In this document: in pieces, positions 36,250 to 45,951 of the stretch
Position numbering within the stretch: position 1 is the first letter of the stretch
Layout: every line of letters starts with the position of its first letter
NCBI GenBank assembly: GCA_964405225.1
Contig: CAYOND010000015.1
Span: 4,939-68,938, forward strand
Reading direction: 5' to 3'
DNA: 64,000 nt
Origin: an uncultured Pseudohongiella sp.
GTDB lineage: Bacteria; Pseudomonadota; Gammaproteobacteria; Pseudomonadales; Pseudohongiellaceae
Made by a program: the position numbers and the translations under genes
The notes under the pieces: generated by a model
The model's database searches: none
What the model was told of the DNA's origin: nothing
Seen by the model: only the letters and a program-made list of their open reading frames with translations

Positions 36250-37344
36250 ATGGTTACCGGTGCCACGCACCTCTTCCTCAATGCATTACTTCACCGTGCC
36301 ATTGCGCCGGAGAAACTTGCGCGACTATTACAGGTCGCCAACGGACTCCGTGCACTGCATCAATGTATCAATAGCAGGCAAACAGACCTTGAGCCAGGCG
36401 AACGACAGGCCTTGCAGGGGGAGCTGAGTCCGCACCCGGCACTGGCACAATATGAGGCTTGGGCAGACTGCCCTGACCAATGGATTCTCAATCGCGAAGA
36501 TAAAAACTACCCGGCACTATTGAAGCAAATTGACTGCCCGCCACCATTACTATTTGTCAGGGGCCAGCGCAATTGCCTGAACAACAGGCAAATCGCCATA
36601 GTAGGTAGTCGCCGCCCAACACGCTATGGCGTGAACTTAGTTACCAAACTCGCTGGGGAACTGACGCAATATGGAATCACTATCACCAGTGGTCTGGCTT
36701 TAGGCATTGATGGTCAGGCTCATTCCACTGCAGTGCGCAACCAGGGTTGCACAATCGCCGTCGCAGGTTGCGGATTGGATAGAGTCTATCCAGCCCGGCA
36801 TAGGAAGCTTGCGTCAGAAATTTGTGAACAAGGCGCACTGGTCAGCGAATTTCTGTTGGGCACGCCTCCTTTGGCCTACAACTTTCCCCAGCGCAATCGC
36901 ATTATCAGCGGCTTGACGGCCGGCACGCTGGTCATCGAAGCCAGGGTCAAGAGCGGCACCCTTATTACTGCACGGCTGGCCATGGAGCAGAACCGGGAAG
37001 TGTTTGCCGTTCCCGGCCCGATTACTTCCAGCACCAGTGCTGGCTGCCATTGCTTGATCAGGGATGGGGCAACGCTTGTTGCACATGTTAATGATTTATT
37101 GTCTGAACTGGGATGGCAGATTAACAAAGTGACCAATAGCCCGAAATCAGACCGGGCAAACACCGATGATTCCGCGGCCGAGAAGCTCCTGGAACTTATT
37201 GAACCCGAGGGATCAGTGTTGGAAGAGCTTTTGCTGGTAAGCCAGATACCAATGGGCATTTTGCTAACAAGGTTACTGGAACTGGAGGTCCAGGGTCGGA
37301 TAGAACAGTACGGTGGGCGCTATTACTTGCTTGATCGAGGTTAG
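36250..37344 (+). CDS. dprA: DNA processing protein DprA (Smf)
   Basis: 364 aa with the Rossmann-like core (IVGSRRPTRYG, GLALGIDGQAH, NFPQRNRIISGL). Confidence 0.9.
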   Translation: MVTGATHLFLNALLHRAIAPEKLARLLQVANGLRALHQCINSRQTDLEPGERQALQGELSPHPALAQYEAWADCPDQWILNREDKNYPALLKQIDCPPPLLFVRGQRNCLNNRQIAIVGSRRPTRYGVNLVTKLAGELTQYGITITSGLALGIDGQAHSTAVRNQGCTIAVAGCGLDRVYPARHRKLASEICEQGALVSEFLLGTPPLAYNFPQRNRIISGLTAGTLVIEARVKSGTLITARLAMEQNREVFAVPGPITSSTSAGCHCLIRDGATLVAHVNDLLSELGWQINKVTNSPKSDRANTDDSAAEKLLELIEPEGSVLEELLLVSQIPMGILLTRLLELEVQGRIEQYGGRYYLLDRG

Positions 37345-37389
37345 TCATGTAGTTTCCCCTTTTTTTCAGTCTGAGCGGGAATCTTTCGA

Positions 37390-37893
37390 ATGAGTAATAA
37401 GTTTGTAGCGATCTTGATGGGGTCACAGTCTGACCTGGAAACCATGCAGGCAGCGAAGGATATATTTGAACAACTGGGCATCGCCTACGAGATCAAAATC
37501 ACATCGGCGCACCGCACCCCAGCAGTGACGCAGCAGTATATCTCTGATGCTGAAGCACGTGGTTGTCAGGTATTTATTTCAGGCGCAGGCCTGGCTGCAC
37601 ATCTCGCTGGCGCTACAGCGGCTCACACTACCCGTCCGGTGATCGGTGTACCGATCGATTCGGGCCCTTTGCAAGGAATGGATGCATTGCTTTCGACTGT
37701 GCAGATGCCAGCAGGCATTCCGGTTGCGACTGTGGCAATTGGCAGAACCGGCGCGAAGAATGCGGCTTACCTGGCTGCGCAAATTATGGCGCTGAGCGAT
37801 GAAACACTAAGCGAAAAAGTGAAAGCAGAGCGAGCTGCCAATTCCGAGAAAGTGCAGGCCCAGGATAGTTCTTTACAAGAATCTCTCAAATAG
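37390..37893 (+). CDS. purE: N5-carboxyaminoimidazole ribonucleotide mutase (PurE)
   Basis: 167 aa with the [20 protein letters not shown] and VIGVP motifs. No purK is adjacent. Confidence 0.88.
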   Translation: MSNKFVAILMGSQSDLETMQAAKDIFEQLGIAYEIKITSAHRTPAVTQQYISDAEARGCQVFISGAGLAAHLAGATAAHTTRPVIGVPIDSGPLQGMDALLSTVQMPAGIPVATVAIGRTGAKNAAYLAAQIMALSDETLSEKVKAERAANSEKVQAQDSSLQESLK

Positions 37894-37919
37894 AACAGGC
37901 AAGCGACCCAAGACAGGCG

Positions 37920-38474
37920 ATGGACAAACAATCCGCAGCGCGGTACGCCGAATTGCTGCATGGCGGCAAAGTCATCGCCTATCCTACTGAAGCAGTCTGG
38001 GGACTTGGCTGCGATCCACACAACGAAACCGCAGTAATGCGGCTGCTGGCGGTCAAAAAACGTCCCGTGGATAAAGGCCTTATCCTGGTCGCTGCCAGTA
38101 CCGCACAACTCGGCTCCTTACTTGCTGAGCTGACTCAATCCCAGCAACAGGCATTGGCAGAGACCTGGCCGGGCCCAGTGACCTGGCTAATTCCCGATCC
38201 TCAGCATCTCTATCCGGATTGGATAAAAGGCAATCACGCATCGGTGGCAATCAGGGTATCGGCGCACCCTGTGGTAAAGGCACTATGCGAAGCCTTCGGC
38301 GGACCAATAGTCTCGACATCGGCGAATACGGCGGACGAGCCAGAACTTAGATCCAGATTAAATGTTGAGGAAGAATTTGGCGCTATGATTGACGCTGTTG
38401 TTGCCGGCGAGCTGGGAGAGGAATCCATGCCCTCACAAATACGCGATCTGGCAACTGGTAAAATTATCCGTTGA
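37920..38474 (+). CDS. tsaC: Threonylcarbamoyl-AMP synthase (TsaC/YrdC/RimN)
   Basis: 184 aa with YPTEAVWGLGCDP, KKRPVDKGLILV and GGPIVSTSAN. Confidence 0.87.
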   Translation: MDKQSAARYAELLHGGKVIAYPTEAVWGLGCDPHNETAVMRLLAVKKRPVDKGLILVAASTAQLGSLLAELTQSQQQALAETWPGPVTWLIPDPQHLYPDWIKGNHASVAIRVSAHPVVKALCEAFGGPIVSTSANTADEPELRSRLNVEEEFGAMIDAVVAGELGEESMPSQIRDLATGKIIR

Positions 38475-38519
38475 AGCGGTTGTGCCAACAGCGCAACAGG
38501 ATCAGGCAGGAGAAGATCA

Positions 38520-39431
38520 TTGAACGCCAAAGATATTGAAACAGTAAAAGCCTTTCTACTCGAATTGCAGGAAAACATCTGCGCAGAACTGGCACAGGCA
38601 GACGGTAAATCAGATTTTATTACCGATGCATGGGATCGAGATGGTGGTGGTTCGGGTATAACCCGGGTAATCAGCAATGGTGCCGTAATTGAAAAAGGCG
38701 GCGTGAATTTTTCGCACGTTTTCGGCGAATCAATGCCAGCGTCGGCCACCGCTGCCAGGCCTGAATTGGCCGGGCGAGCCTTTCAGGCCATGGGTGTTTC
38801 CCTGGTAATTCATCCTGACAATCCTTTTGTACCAACCTCTCATGCTAATTTTCGGCTCTTTGTCGCGGAGAAAGAAGGTGAAGATACTGTGTGGTGGTTT
38901 GGCGGCGGTTATGACCTGACACCGTACTATGGCTTTGCTGAAGACTGCGAACATTGGCACCGCACCGCAAAAGATGCATGTAGTCCTTTTGGAGAGCATT
39001 ACTACGAGCAATTCAAAAAACAGTGCGATGATTATTTTCATCTGAAGCACCGTGATGAACCGCGCGGAGTTGGAGGCTTATTCTTTGACGATTTTAATGA
39101 ACTCGGCTTTGAACAGTGTTTTACTTTTGTGAAATCAATGGCGAACAGTTATATAAAAGCCTATAAGCCAATTATTGAACGCCGCAAGTCTGAACCATTT
39201 GAAGCCAGGCATAAAAACTTTCAGGAATATCGTCGTGGACGTTATGCAGAATTTAATCTCGTATACGATCGGGGAACCGTTTTCGGTCTGCAATCGGGAG
39301 TTGGCAGAATCGAATCCATTCTGATGTCACTGCCCCCGGTTGTGCAATGGATCTATGACTGGCATCCCGAGCCCGGTAGCGCCGAGGAAAAGTTGTATAC
39401 TGAGTTTCTCAAGCCAAAAGATTGGGTTTAG
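38520..39431 (+). CDS. hemF: Oxygen-dependent coproporphyrinogen III oxidase
   Basis: 303 aa with a TTG start, [13 protein letters not shown] and [16 protein letters not shown]. Confidence 0.93.
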   Translation: MNAKDIETVKAFLLELQENICAELAQADGKSDFITDAWDRDGGGSGITRVISNGAVIEKGGVNFSHVFGESMPASATAARPELAGRAFQAMGVSLVIHPDNPFVPTSHANFRLFVAEKEGEDTVWWFGGGYDLTPYYGFAEDCEHWHRTAKDACSPFGEHYYEQFKKQCDDYFHLKHRDEPRGVGGLFFDDFNELGFEQCFTFVKSMANSYIKAYKPIIERRKSEPFEARHKNFQEYRRGRYAEFNLVYDRGTVFGLQSGVGRIESILMSLPPVVQWIYDWHPEPGSAEEKLYTEFLKPKDWV

Positions 39432-39490
39432 CCCGGTTTAAAATGTAACCATTCGGGTTTTGTAGCGCCCGCAGTGAGAAGGAGCATTCT

Positions 39491-40300
39491 GTGTCACGCT
39501 TCGCGGTAGTTGGGAATCCGGTAAGCCACAGCAAATCCCCGATAATTCATCAAGCATTCGCTCGCCAAACCGGTATTGAACTGGATTACTCTGCCATGGA
39601 ATTGGCAGAACCTGATTTTGAATCTGGTGTGCAAGAATTTTTTGCCGCCGGTGGCAAGGGGCTGAACGTGACCGTACCTTTTAAAGAACGCGCTTTCAGG
39701 TTAGCCAGGTCATACTCACCACTTACAGCAATGGCCAAAGCGGCCAATACGCTGTTTCTCGATGCCGCAGGTGAAATAGCTGCGGACAATACCGATGGTA
39801 AAGGGTTGCTCATGGACCTGGCCCATCACGACATATCGCTTACCAACAAGCGCGTGTTAGTAATTGGAGCAGGCGGTGCAGTGCGTGGCGTATTAGCTGC
39901 AATGGTGGATACCGCTTTAGATGATCTGGTAATTGTTAATCGTACACCTGAGCGTGCGAGGCAACTCGCGACAGAGTTTGGGAGCGTGTTGCCAATGCAG
40001 GTGTTACTGTTTGAGGAATTGGGTAAGACTAATTTTGATGTAATCATCAATGGCACATCATTGAGCCTCGTCGGTGAATTGCCACCGCTAAGCAATCTTG
40101 TGTTGGGACCGAATTGCTGCTGTTACGACATGATGTATGCAGACAAGCCGACGGTTTTTCAGACTTGGGCGTTGGAAGCTGGTGCGGGATTGGCGCTGGA
40201 CGGACTCGGGATGCTGGTAGAACAGGCGGCGGAGTCATTCGCTATTTGGCACGGAGTGAGACCAGAGACAAAGGAGGTTATAAGCCACTTGAGAAGCTGA
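39491..40300 (+). CDS. aroE: Shikimate dehydrogenase
   Basis: 269 aa with a GTG start, FAVVGNPVSHSKSPIIH, NVTVPFKE and GAGGAVRGV. Confidence 0.9.
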   Translation: MSRFAVVGNPVSHSKSPIIHQAFARQTGIELDYSAMELAEPDFESGVQEFFAAGGKGLNVTVPFKERAFRLARSYSPLTAMAKAANTLFLDAAGEIAADNTDGKGLLMDLAHHDISLTNKRVLVIGAGGAVRGVLAAMVDTALDDLVIVNRTPERARQLATEFGSVLPMQVLLFEELGKTNFDVIINGTSLSLVGELPPLSNLVLGPNCCCYDMMYADKPTVFQTWALEAGAGLALDGLGMLVEQAAESFAIWHGVRPETKEVISHLRS

Positions 40301-40330
40301 CAGCCACGCTCCTTTCACATTATCTGAAGC

Positions 40331-40362
40331 AAAAAAAAGGGCTGCAATTGCAGCCCTTTTTT
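40331..40362. terminator. Bidirectional rho-independent terminator between convergent aroE and the oxidase operon
   Basis: A perfect 18-bp palindrome GGGCTGCAATTGCAGCCC (40339-40356) is flanked by A8 (40331-40338) and T6 (40357-40362). Confidence 0.8.
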
Positions 40363-40376
40363 ATTTCACACTCGTA

Positions 40377-40778
40377 TTAATGTGCTTCTTCTTCGCCGTG
40401 CTCGTCACCGCCGTGCCCACCGCCATGTATATCTGAAGGTGTAAGTGCTACAGCATCGCGATCATGTCCCATGCGGCTGAAGCGCGCTTCCTCAGTATAG
40501 CTGCCTTCGACTGCCATAAAGCCAATCAATAGCAATAGGACAACTGGTGGACCGAGTATGGTGAAAACCAGTGCCAGTCTCTCCCATGCTGCGTGCATGA
40601 AGATCGCGACGATGAAACCAGCCTTGACGACCATAAATGTGAGTACCAGGCTCCAGCGCCAGAATCCCTGAAAGCCGAGATAGTCGACCATGTAGGAGAA
40701 AAAACTGACGACGAACAAAAGAATCCAGATTTTGTAGTAAATCCCAAGAGGATGTTGTTGACCTGCTTCCGATGACAT
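40377..40778 (-). CDS. Small prokaryotic cytochrome oxidase subunit IV-like membrane protein with a His/Gly/acidic C-terminal tail
   Basis: 133 aa with three predicted TM helices and the pattern YYKIWILLFVVS...KAGFIVAIFMH, reminiscent of CtaF/COX4_pro. It is the last gene of the oxidase operon. The tail reads HGGGHGGDEHGEEEAH. Confidence 0.6.
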   Translation of the reverse strand: MSSEAGQQHPLGIYYKIWILLFVVSFFSYMVDYLGFQGFWRWSLVLTFMVVKAGFIVAIFMHAAWERLALVFTILGPPVVLLLLIGFMAVEGSYTEEARFSRMGHDRDAVALTPSDIHGGGHGGDEHGEEEAH

Positions 40779-40790
40779 TACTGTCTCCTC

Positions 40791-41471
40791 TTACAATAAG
40801 TAGAAAAATGCGAAAATGAATACCCAGACGAGGTCAACAAAGTGCCAGTACAGACCGGCAATTTCGACAATCTCGAAACCTTTCTTATCGTAGTAACCGC
40901 GTTTGACCCGGAATGCCACCCACATGAGGTAGATTACCCCGGCGGATACGTGCAGACCGTGGAACCCGGTCACCATAAAAAATACCGAGCCAAACTGTGC
41001 TGCTCCGAACGGGTTACCCCAGGGCCGCACGCCTTCGTCGAGGATCAGTTTCGACCACTCGAAAGCCTGCATGCCAACAAATGTGGCACCAAAAAAGGCT
41101 GTCGCACAAATCAGCCAGAAGGTTTTCTGCTTGTCCTTGCGATAGCCGTAGTTTACGGCAAGCGCCATGGTGCCCGAGCTCGTAATGAGCACGAACGTCA
41201 TGATTGCAATGAGGATCAGTGGAATTGGGTCACTACCAAAAAATGACAGGGCAAAAATTTCGCTCTGTATTGGCCAGGGTTCGGTAGTGGTCATCCTGAC
41301 ATTCAAATAGCCAGTCAGGAAGCAAGTGAAAATAAAGGTATCACTTACCAGAAATATCCACATCATGGCCTTGCCCCATGGCACATGATAGGCCTGCTTG
41401 TCGGCGGACCAGTCATCGACCAGTCCTGTTACACCCGCTTTGGGTGCTTGCTCAACTGCTGCTTCACTCAT
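40791..41471 (-). CDS. ctaE: Heme-copper oxidase subunit III
   Basis: 226 aa with subunit III hallmarks (FFMVTGFHGLHVSAGVIYL, YWHFVDLVWVFIFAFFY). Confidence 0.85.
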   Translation of the reverse strand: MSEAAVEQAPKAGVTGLVDDWSADKQAYHVPWGKAMMWIFLVSDTFIFTCFLTGYLNVRMTTTEPWPIQSEIFALSFFGSDPIPLILIAIMTFVLITSSGTMALAVNYGYRKDKQKTFWLICATAFFGATFVGMQAFEWSKLILDEGVRPWGNPFGAAQFGSVFFMVTGFHGLHVSAGVIYLMWVAFRVKRGYYDKKGFEIVEIAGLYWHFVDLVWVFIFAFFYLL

Positions 41472-41513
41472 TCGTCGTTCCCGTACGTTAACAGTTTTAA
41501 TCTAAATCCAATG

Positions 41514-42128
41514 TTATGTGTTGGACATGATGGCAAACAAAACCAGCCACACGATCAACAGAAAATGCCAGTACATAGTACAAAGCTCGATGCTGAGTCG
41601 AAGATCCTTCAACTCGGCACCAGATAACAGACGTATGCAGCTCTTGCTCCATACCCAGAGTCCACCCAGTAAGTGCACAGCGTGCACGCCAGTGAACATG
41701 TAAAAGAAAGCATTGGCTGGGTTGGAAGACAGGTAATACCCGGCTTCCTGCAGACCATTCCAGGTCACCAGTTGCCCGGCGATAAACAAGATGGCAAATA
41801 TGCCGCTGCCAATGAAGGCAGTCAGGATATTGCGGCGTGATTCGCCTTTGGAAATATTGCGTGCCCATTGAAACAAGGCGCTACTAATGAACAGCAGGCC
41901 AGTATTCAGCCACAGTGAGCCTGGTTCAGTCAGGGGCCGCCAGTCTGGCAGCTCCATACGAATGAAGTAGCTCACCGTAAACAGGGAAAAGATTACTGAG
42001 GCGATAACGAGAAAGTACGAAAGCGCAACTTTCTCCGCAGGCGAATCGAAGGCGCCTTCAGGTTCGAGGCCTCCGATTACACCCTTTCTTTCCCAGGGCT
42101 TGGTGCCGAGTGTCTTGAACAAACTCAT
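41514..42128 (-). CDS. Second, divergent heme-copper oxidase subunit III family protein
   Basis: 204 aa with FYMFTGVHAVHLLGG and MYWHFLLIVWLVLF, which are subunit III C-terminal helix signatures. Its start overlaps the subunit I stop by 4 nt (42125-42128). Confidence 0.7.
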   Translation of the reverse strand: MSLFKTLGTKPWERKGVIGGLEPEGAFDSPAEKVALSYFLVIASVIFSLFTVSYFIRMELPDWRPLTEPGSLWLNTGLLFISSALFQWARNISKGESRRNILTAFIGSGIFAILFIAGQLVTWNGLQEAGYYLSSNPANAFFYMFTGVHAVHLLGGLWVWSKSCIRLLSGAELKDLRLSIELCTMYWHFLLIVWLVLFAIMSNT

Positions 42129-43915
42129 AGATCGGCCTTGGATTCATCGTGATCCGGATCGAAATGCTGTTCGTCCACAGTAGGCTCTTCACTCTCAGGC
42201 GTATTCTGCGGAATGAAGTCTTCATGGGCGCCTGGCACACTGTAGTCATAAGCCCAGCGATAAACAGTTGGCAATTCTTCACCCCAGTTACCATGCTTGG
42301 GTGGCAGGTCAGGCGTTTGCCATTCCAGCGAAGCAGAACCCCAGGGGTTCTTCTCGCTTTTCTTGCCGCTCTTGAGGGTCCAGATAATGTTTACAAAGAA
42401 CAGGATCTGAGCCGCAGCAACCAAAATGGCAGCAACAGTAATTGATTCGTTAAGCGACTGTGCTGAAGCCGGGATGAAATCAGTCGTGCCCAGCATGTAA
42501 TAGCGGCGTGGTACACCAAGGAATCCGAGATAGTGCATAGGCAGATAAATGGCGTAAGCACCGAGGAAAGTCAGCCAGAAATGCCATTTGGCCAGTGTCT
42601 CGTTGTACATCTTGCCGGAAATCAGTGGGAACCAGTGGTAGATTGCGGCAAACAATACCAGGATTGGAGATACACCCATCACCATGTGGAAGTGGGCAAT
42701 CACGAAGTAGGTATCAGACAGTGGTAGGTCAATTACCACGTTGCCCAGGAACAAGCCGGTCAGGCCGCCGTGAATGAAAGTGAAAATAAAACCGATGGCA
42801 AAATACATCGGAGTATTCAGTCGGATATCGCCTTCCCACAGAGTCAGCACCCAGTTATATACCTTCAGCGCAGTCGGCACGGCAATAATCAACGTGGTGG
42901 TGGCAAAGAAGAAACCGAAGTAAGGGTGCATACCACTTACATACATATGGTGTGCCCATACGATAAAGCTCAATGCGCCAATAGCGACAATGGCCCACAC
43001 CATCATGCGGTATCCGAAAATGTTTTTGCGAGCATGTGTGCTCAGTACATCAGAGACCAGGCCGAAAGCTGGCAGCGCAACAATATAAACCTCGGGGTGA
43101 CCAAAGAACCAGAATAAGTGCTGGAACAGGATTGGAGAGCCACCGTTGTGGTCCATCGGTGAGCCCGCCTCGATCACCGCCGGCATGAAGAAACTGGTAC
43201 CCGCCAAAAGGTCAAACAACATCATGATCGAGGCGACCAGCAGAGCCGGGAAGGCAAACAGCGCCAATACTGTGGCGACAAAAATACCCCAAACAGTTAG
43301 TGGCAGGCGCATCATGGTGAGACCGCGGCAACGATACTGCAGTACGGTAACCACGTAATTCAGACCACCCATGGTTGTGGCAACGATAAACACGGCCAAG
43401 GAAATCAGCATCAATACAATGCCCAAATCACTGCCCGGTGTGCCGTCCATGCCGGTTTGCGGGGGATAGAGTGTCCAGCCGCCACCTGTCGGGCCACCGC
43501 TAACGAAAAAGCTCGCCATCAGGATGATGACAGAGAGCAGGAAGGTCCAGACCGAGAGCATGTTCATGAACGGAAACACCATGTCCCGTGCGCCGCACAT
43601 CAACGGAATCATGTAGTTACCAAAACCACCCAGAAACAGTGCGGTCAGGAAATACACCACCATAATCATGCCGTGCATGGTTACTGCCTGGTAGTAAAAG
43701 CTCGGATCGATAAAGTCGACTGATTCCGGAAATCCCAATTGCAGGCGGAACAGCACTGACAACGCCAGACCAACAATGCCGGTAAAGACAGCCAGGCTGC
43801 CGTATTGAATCGCAATAACCTTGTGATCCTGGCTCCAAACATACTGTTCGACCCAGCTATGGGGATGGTGCATCTCCATCTCTTTATCTTGGTCAGCTAA
43901 TGGAACGTAAGCCAT
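42125..43915 (-). CDS. ctaD: Cytochrome c oxidase subunit I (A-family heme-copper oxidase)
   Basis: 596 aa with WFFGHPEVY (His-Tyr crosslink motif), WAHHMY, HFHMV and GGFGNY..GARDMVFP. Confidence 0.96.
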   Translation of the reverse strand: MAYVPLADQDKEMEMHHPHSWVEQYVWSQDHKVIAIQYGSLAVFTGIVGLALSVLFRLQLGFPESVDFIDPSFYYQAVTMHGMIMVVYFLTALFLGGFGNYMIPLMCGARDMVFPFMNMLSVWTFLLSVIILMASFFVSGGPTGGGWTLYPPQTGMDGTPGSDLGIVLMLISLAVFIVATTMGGLNYVVTVLQYRCRGLTMMRLPLTVWGIFVATVLALFAFPALLVASIMMLFDLLAGTSFFMPAVIEAGSPMDHNGGSPILFQHLFWFFGHPEVYIVALPAFGLVSDVLSTHARKNIFGYRMMVWAIVAIGALSFIVWAHHMYVSGMHPYFGFFFATTTLIIAVPTALKVYNWVLTLWEGDIRLNTPMYFAIGFIFTFIHGGLTGLFLGNVVIDLPLSDTYFVIAHFHMVMGVSPILVLFAAIYHWFPLISGKMYNETLAKWHFWLTFLGAYAIYLPMHYLGFLGVPRRYYMLGTTDFIPASAQSLNESITVAAILVAAAQILFFVNIIWTLKSGKKSEKNPWGSASLEWQTPDLPPKHGNWGEELPTVYRWAYDYSVPGAHEDFIPQNTPESEEPTVDEQHFDPDHDESKADL

Positions 43916-44009
43916 TAAATCCTCCTAAACCTTTAATCGTAAGCGCTGCTCTAGGCAACTACTGTAATTCTTTAAATGAAAAATCGTGTCGTAAAAAACC
44001 CGTGCAGTC

Positions 44010-45374
44010 TTATCTAAGTGTATTGATATAGGCTGCTACGTCTTGAATCTCTTGCAGGTCTGCCATTGCTGTAGCCATGGAAACCATCTGCTCACCGTAG
44101 TCATCGCTCGGGTGCAGGCCGCGAATGCCGGCGCGGAAATTGCTGATCTGGGTTACGAAGTACCAGTCACTCATGCCCGCCAGTTTGGGCGCATCGGTGT
44201 ACCAGGTGCCAGATCCGCTATCGAGGTGGCAAGCAGCACAGTTGCGCTCGTAGATGTCACGACCGTTTTCAACATCTCCAGAAATCGTGGAGGCTGCGGG
44301 GGTGTCGGGCAGGCTAGCAATATAAGCTGCCATATTACGGATGGCCTGGTCATCAGCAAGCATATTGGCCATAGGCGCCATTTGCTGACCCAGGGTATCA
44401 CCCTCACCACCGCGTACACCTTGCTTGAAGTACTGCAATTGCCGCTCAATGTACCAGGGCTGCATACCGGCCAGTTTCGGGCCGTTCAGTGCCTGGTTAC
44501 CTTCGCCCTGCGCACCATGACAGGCAGCACAAACAGCGTATTGGGCCTGACCAGCAGCAGGATTGGCTGCAGTCATGTTTTGGGTTTCAGCAAATGTTGG
44601 TTGCTCTGCAATCCAGGCATCAAAGTCTTCCTGGGTGTCGATAACAACCTTGCCACGCATCATGAAGTGGCCAATACCACAGAGTTCTTCACAAAGGATG
44701 TCGTATTCTCCGACTCGGGTTGGGTTGAACCAAAGAGAAGAAACCAGGCCGGGAACCATGTCCATTTTTACGCGGAATTGTGCCACGGTGTAGTTATGTA
44801 AAACGTCATGAGAGCGCAACATGGCTCGAACCGGACGGTCCACAGGTAAATGCATTTCCGGGTCGTTGACGATGATATCGTCCTGACCATTGGGATCTTC
44901 CAGATTAATTCCGAATGGGTTGGACTCGGTGACATTGCCAACATCAGCAGTGCCAAGCACGCCGTCTGCGCCTGGATAGCGGTATTGCCATTGCCATTGT
45001 TGACCCAGTACTTCGAATTCAGTGGCTTCATCGGGTGGTGTCACGAACAACGCCCATACAAACAGGCCTGGTGCCAGCATGGCGATTACACCAACGGTGG
45101 TAATCACGGAAAGACCGACCTCAAGCTTGGTATTCTCAGGCTCGTAAACCGCCTTGTGGCCAGGTTTCTGGCGAAACTTGTAAATGCAGTAAGCCATGAA
45201 GAGGTTTACCAGGATGAAGACGGCACCGGTAACCCAGAAAGTGACATTGATCGTAAAGTCGATCGAACCCCAATCCGCAGCAATTTCAGTGAACCACCAG
45301 CCCAATCCCGGCGAAGCGAAATGGAAGATAATCGAACCGATTACCAGCAGAAAAATAACGACCGCTAAAGCCAT
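44010..45374 (-). CDS. ctaC: Cytochrome c oxidase subunit II fused to a C-terminal di-heme cytochrome c domain
   Basis: 454 aa with the CuA site H..(n)..CEELCGIGHFMM, then two CAACH heme-binding motifs (VCAACHGAQG and NCAACHLDSG), each followed by a KLAGM...Y..Q...F repeat similar to cytochrome c4. Confidence 0.92.
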   Translation of the reverse strand: MALAVVIFLLVIGSIIFHFASPGLGWWFTEIAADWGSIDFTINVTFWVTGAVFILVNLFMAYCIYKFRQKPGHKAVYEPENTKLEVGLSVITTVGVIAMLAPGLFVWALFVTPPDEATEFEVLGQQWQWQYRYPGADGVLGTADVGNVTESNPFGINLEDPNGQDDIIVNDPEMHLPVDRPVRAMLRSHDVLHNYTVAQFRVKMDMVPGLVSSLWFNPTRVGEYDILCEELCGIGHFMMRGKVVIDTQEDFDAWIAEQPTFAETQNMTAANPAAGQAQYAVCAACHGAQGEGNQALNGPKLAGMQPWYIERQLQYFKQGVRGGEGDTLGQQMAPMANMLADDQAIRNMAAYIASLPDTPAASTISGDVENGRDIYERNCAACHLDSGSGTWYTDAPKLAGMSDWYFVTQISNFRAGIRGLHPSDDYGEQMVSMATAMADLQEIQDVAAYINTLR

Positions 45375-45951
45375 AAACCTGTATTCCTTCTAAAATTTAC
45401 AAACACGTTCTAGCCGACAAGGCTGTCAAACTTGCATTTGGCCTTGTTGCTGAATGATTCTCGACTTATTCATTTAGTTCCAGGGAGTCAGAGACCCGGC
45501 TCAAAAATTTGAGCTCTTGTTTTAAGCGCCTCGGTTACTCTGTAGATACCCTAGTTTTATTTCTTCTTGGATGGAGCACTTTCGTTCTTCAAATATCCGC
45601 TGGAAAGCGCTGAATTTAAAGATTCTGGCACACCTCACGCGGTTCGAAATGCTATAGAAAATTACCTACTACCGCAAGTAATTTTGCCCTGCTGCGCGGG
45701 TAAAAACTGCGCCAAATCAATGATTTTTGACAGGTTCCTGTCACTAATTTTTGAAGCTGTGGAAATTTTGCTCATCGACGGATTTCGCAGTGCTACAAAG
45801 CCTCTTACAATAGTGACTGAGCTTGAGATTGGCTACGAAACATGATCAAATGCCCGCGCTCTGAGGAGTGCCCAAACGGGGTTGAATTACCTGCTTTTAA
45901 AGTGGGGAAAATCCCCCCACAACCACAATTCTTGCTTAGACTGAATGAACC

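Noticed and set aside
45626-45640. Sigma-54-like motif TGGCACACCTCACGC upstream of ctaB
   Set aside because: The GG-N10-GC spacing fits and the -24 half is good, but the -12 element (ACGC versus TTGC) is poor. No enhancer-binding protein gene is nearby, and a heme O synthase gene is an unlikely RpoN target.
45635-45655. GGTTCGAAA string resembling a tRNA T-loop
   Set aside because: There is no complementary T-stem, acceptor stem or anticodon arm around it. I recognised no tRNA, rRNA or tmRNA genes anywhere in the window.
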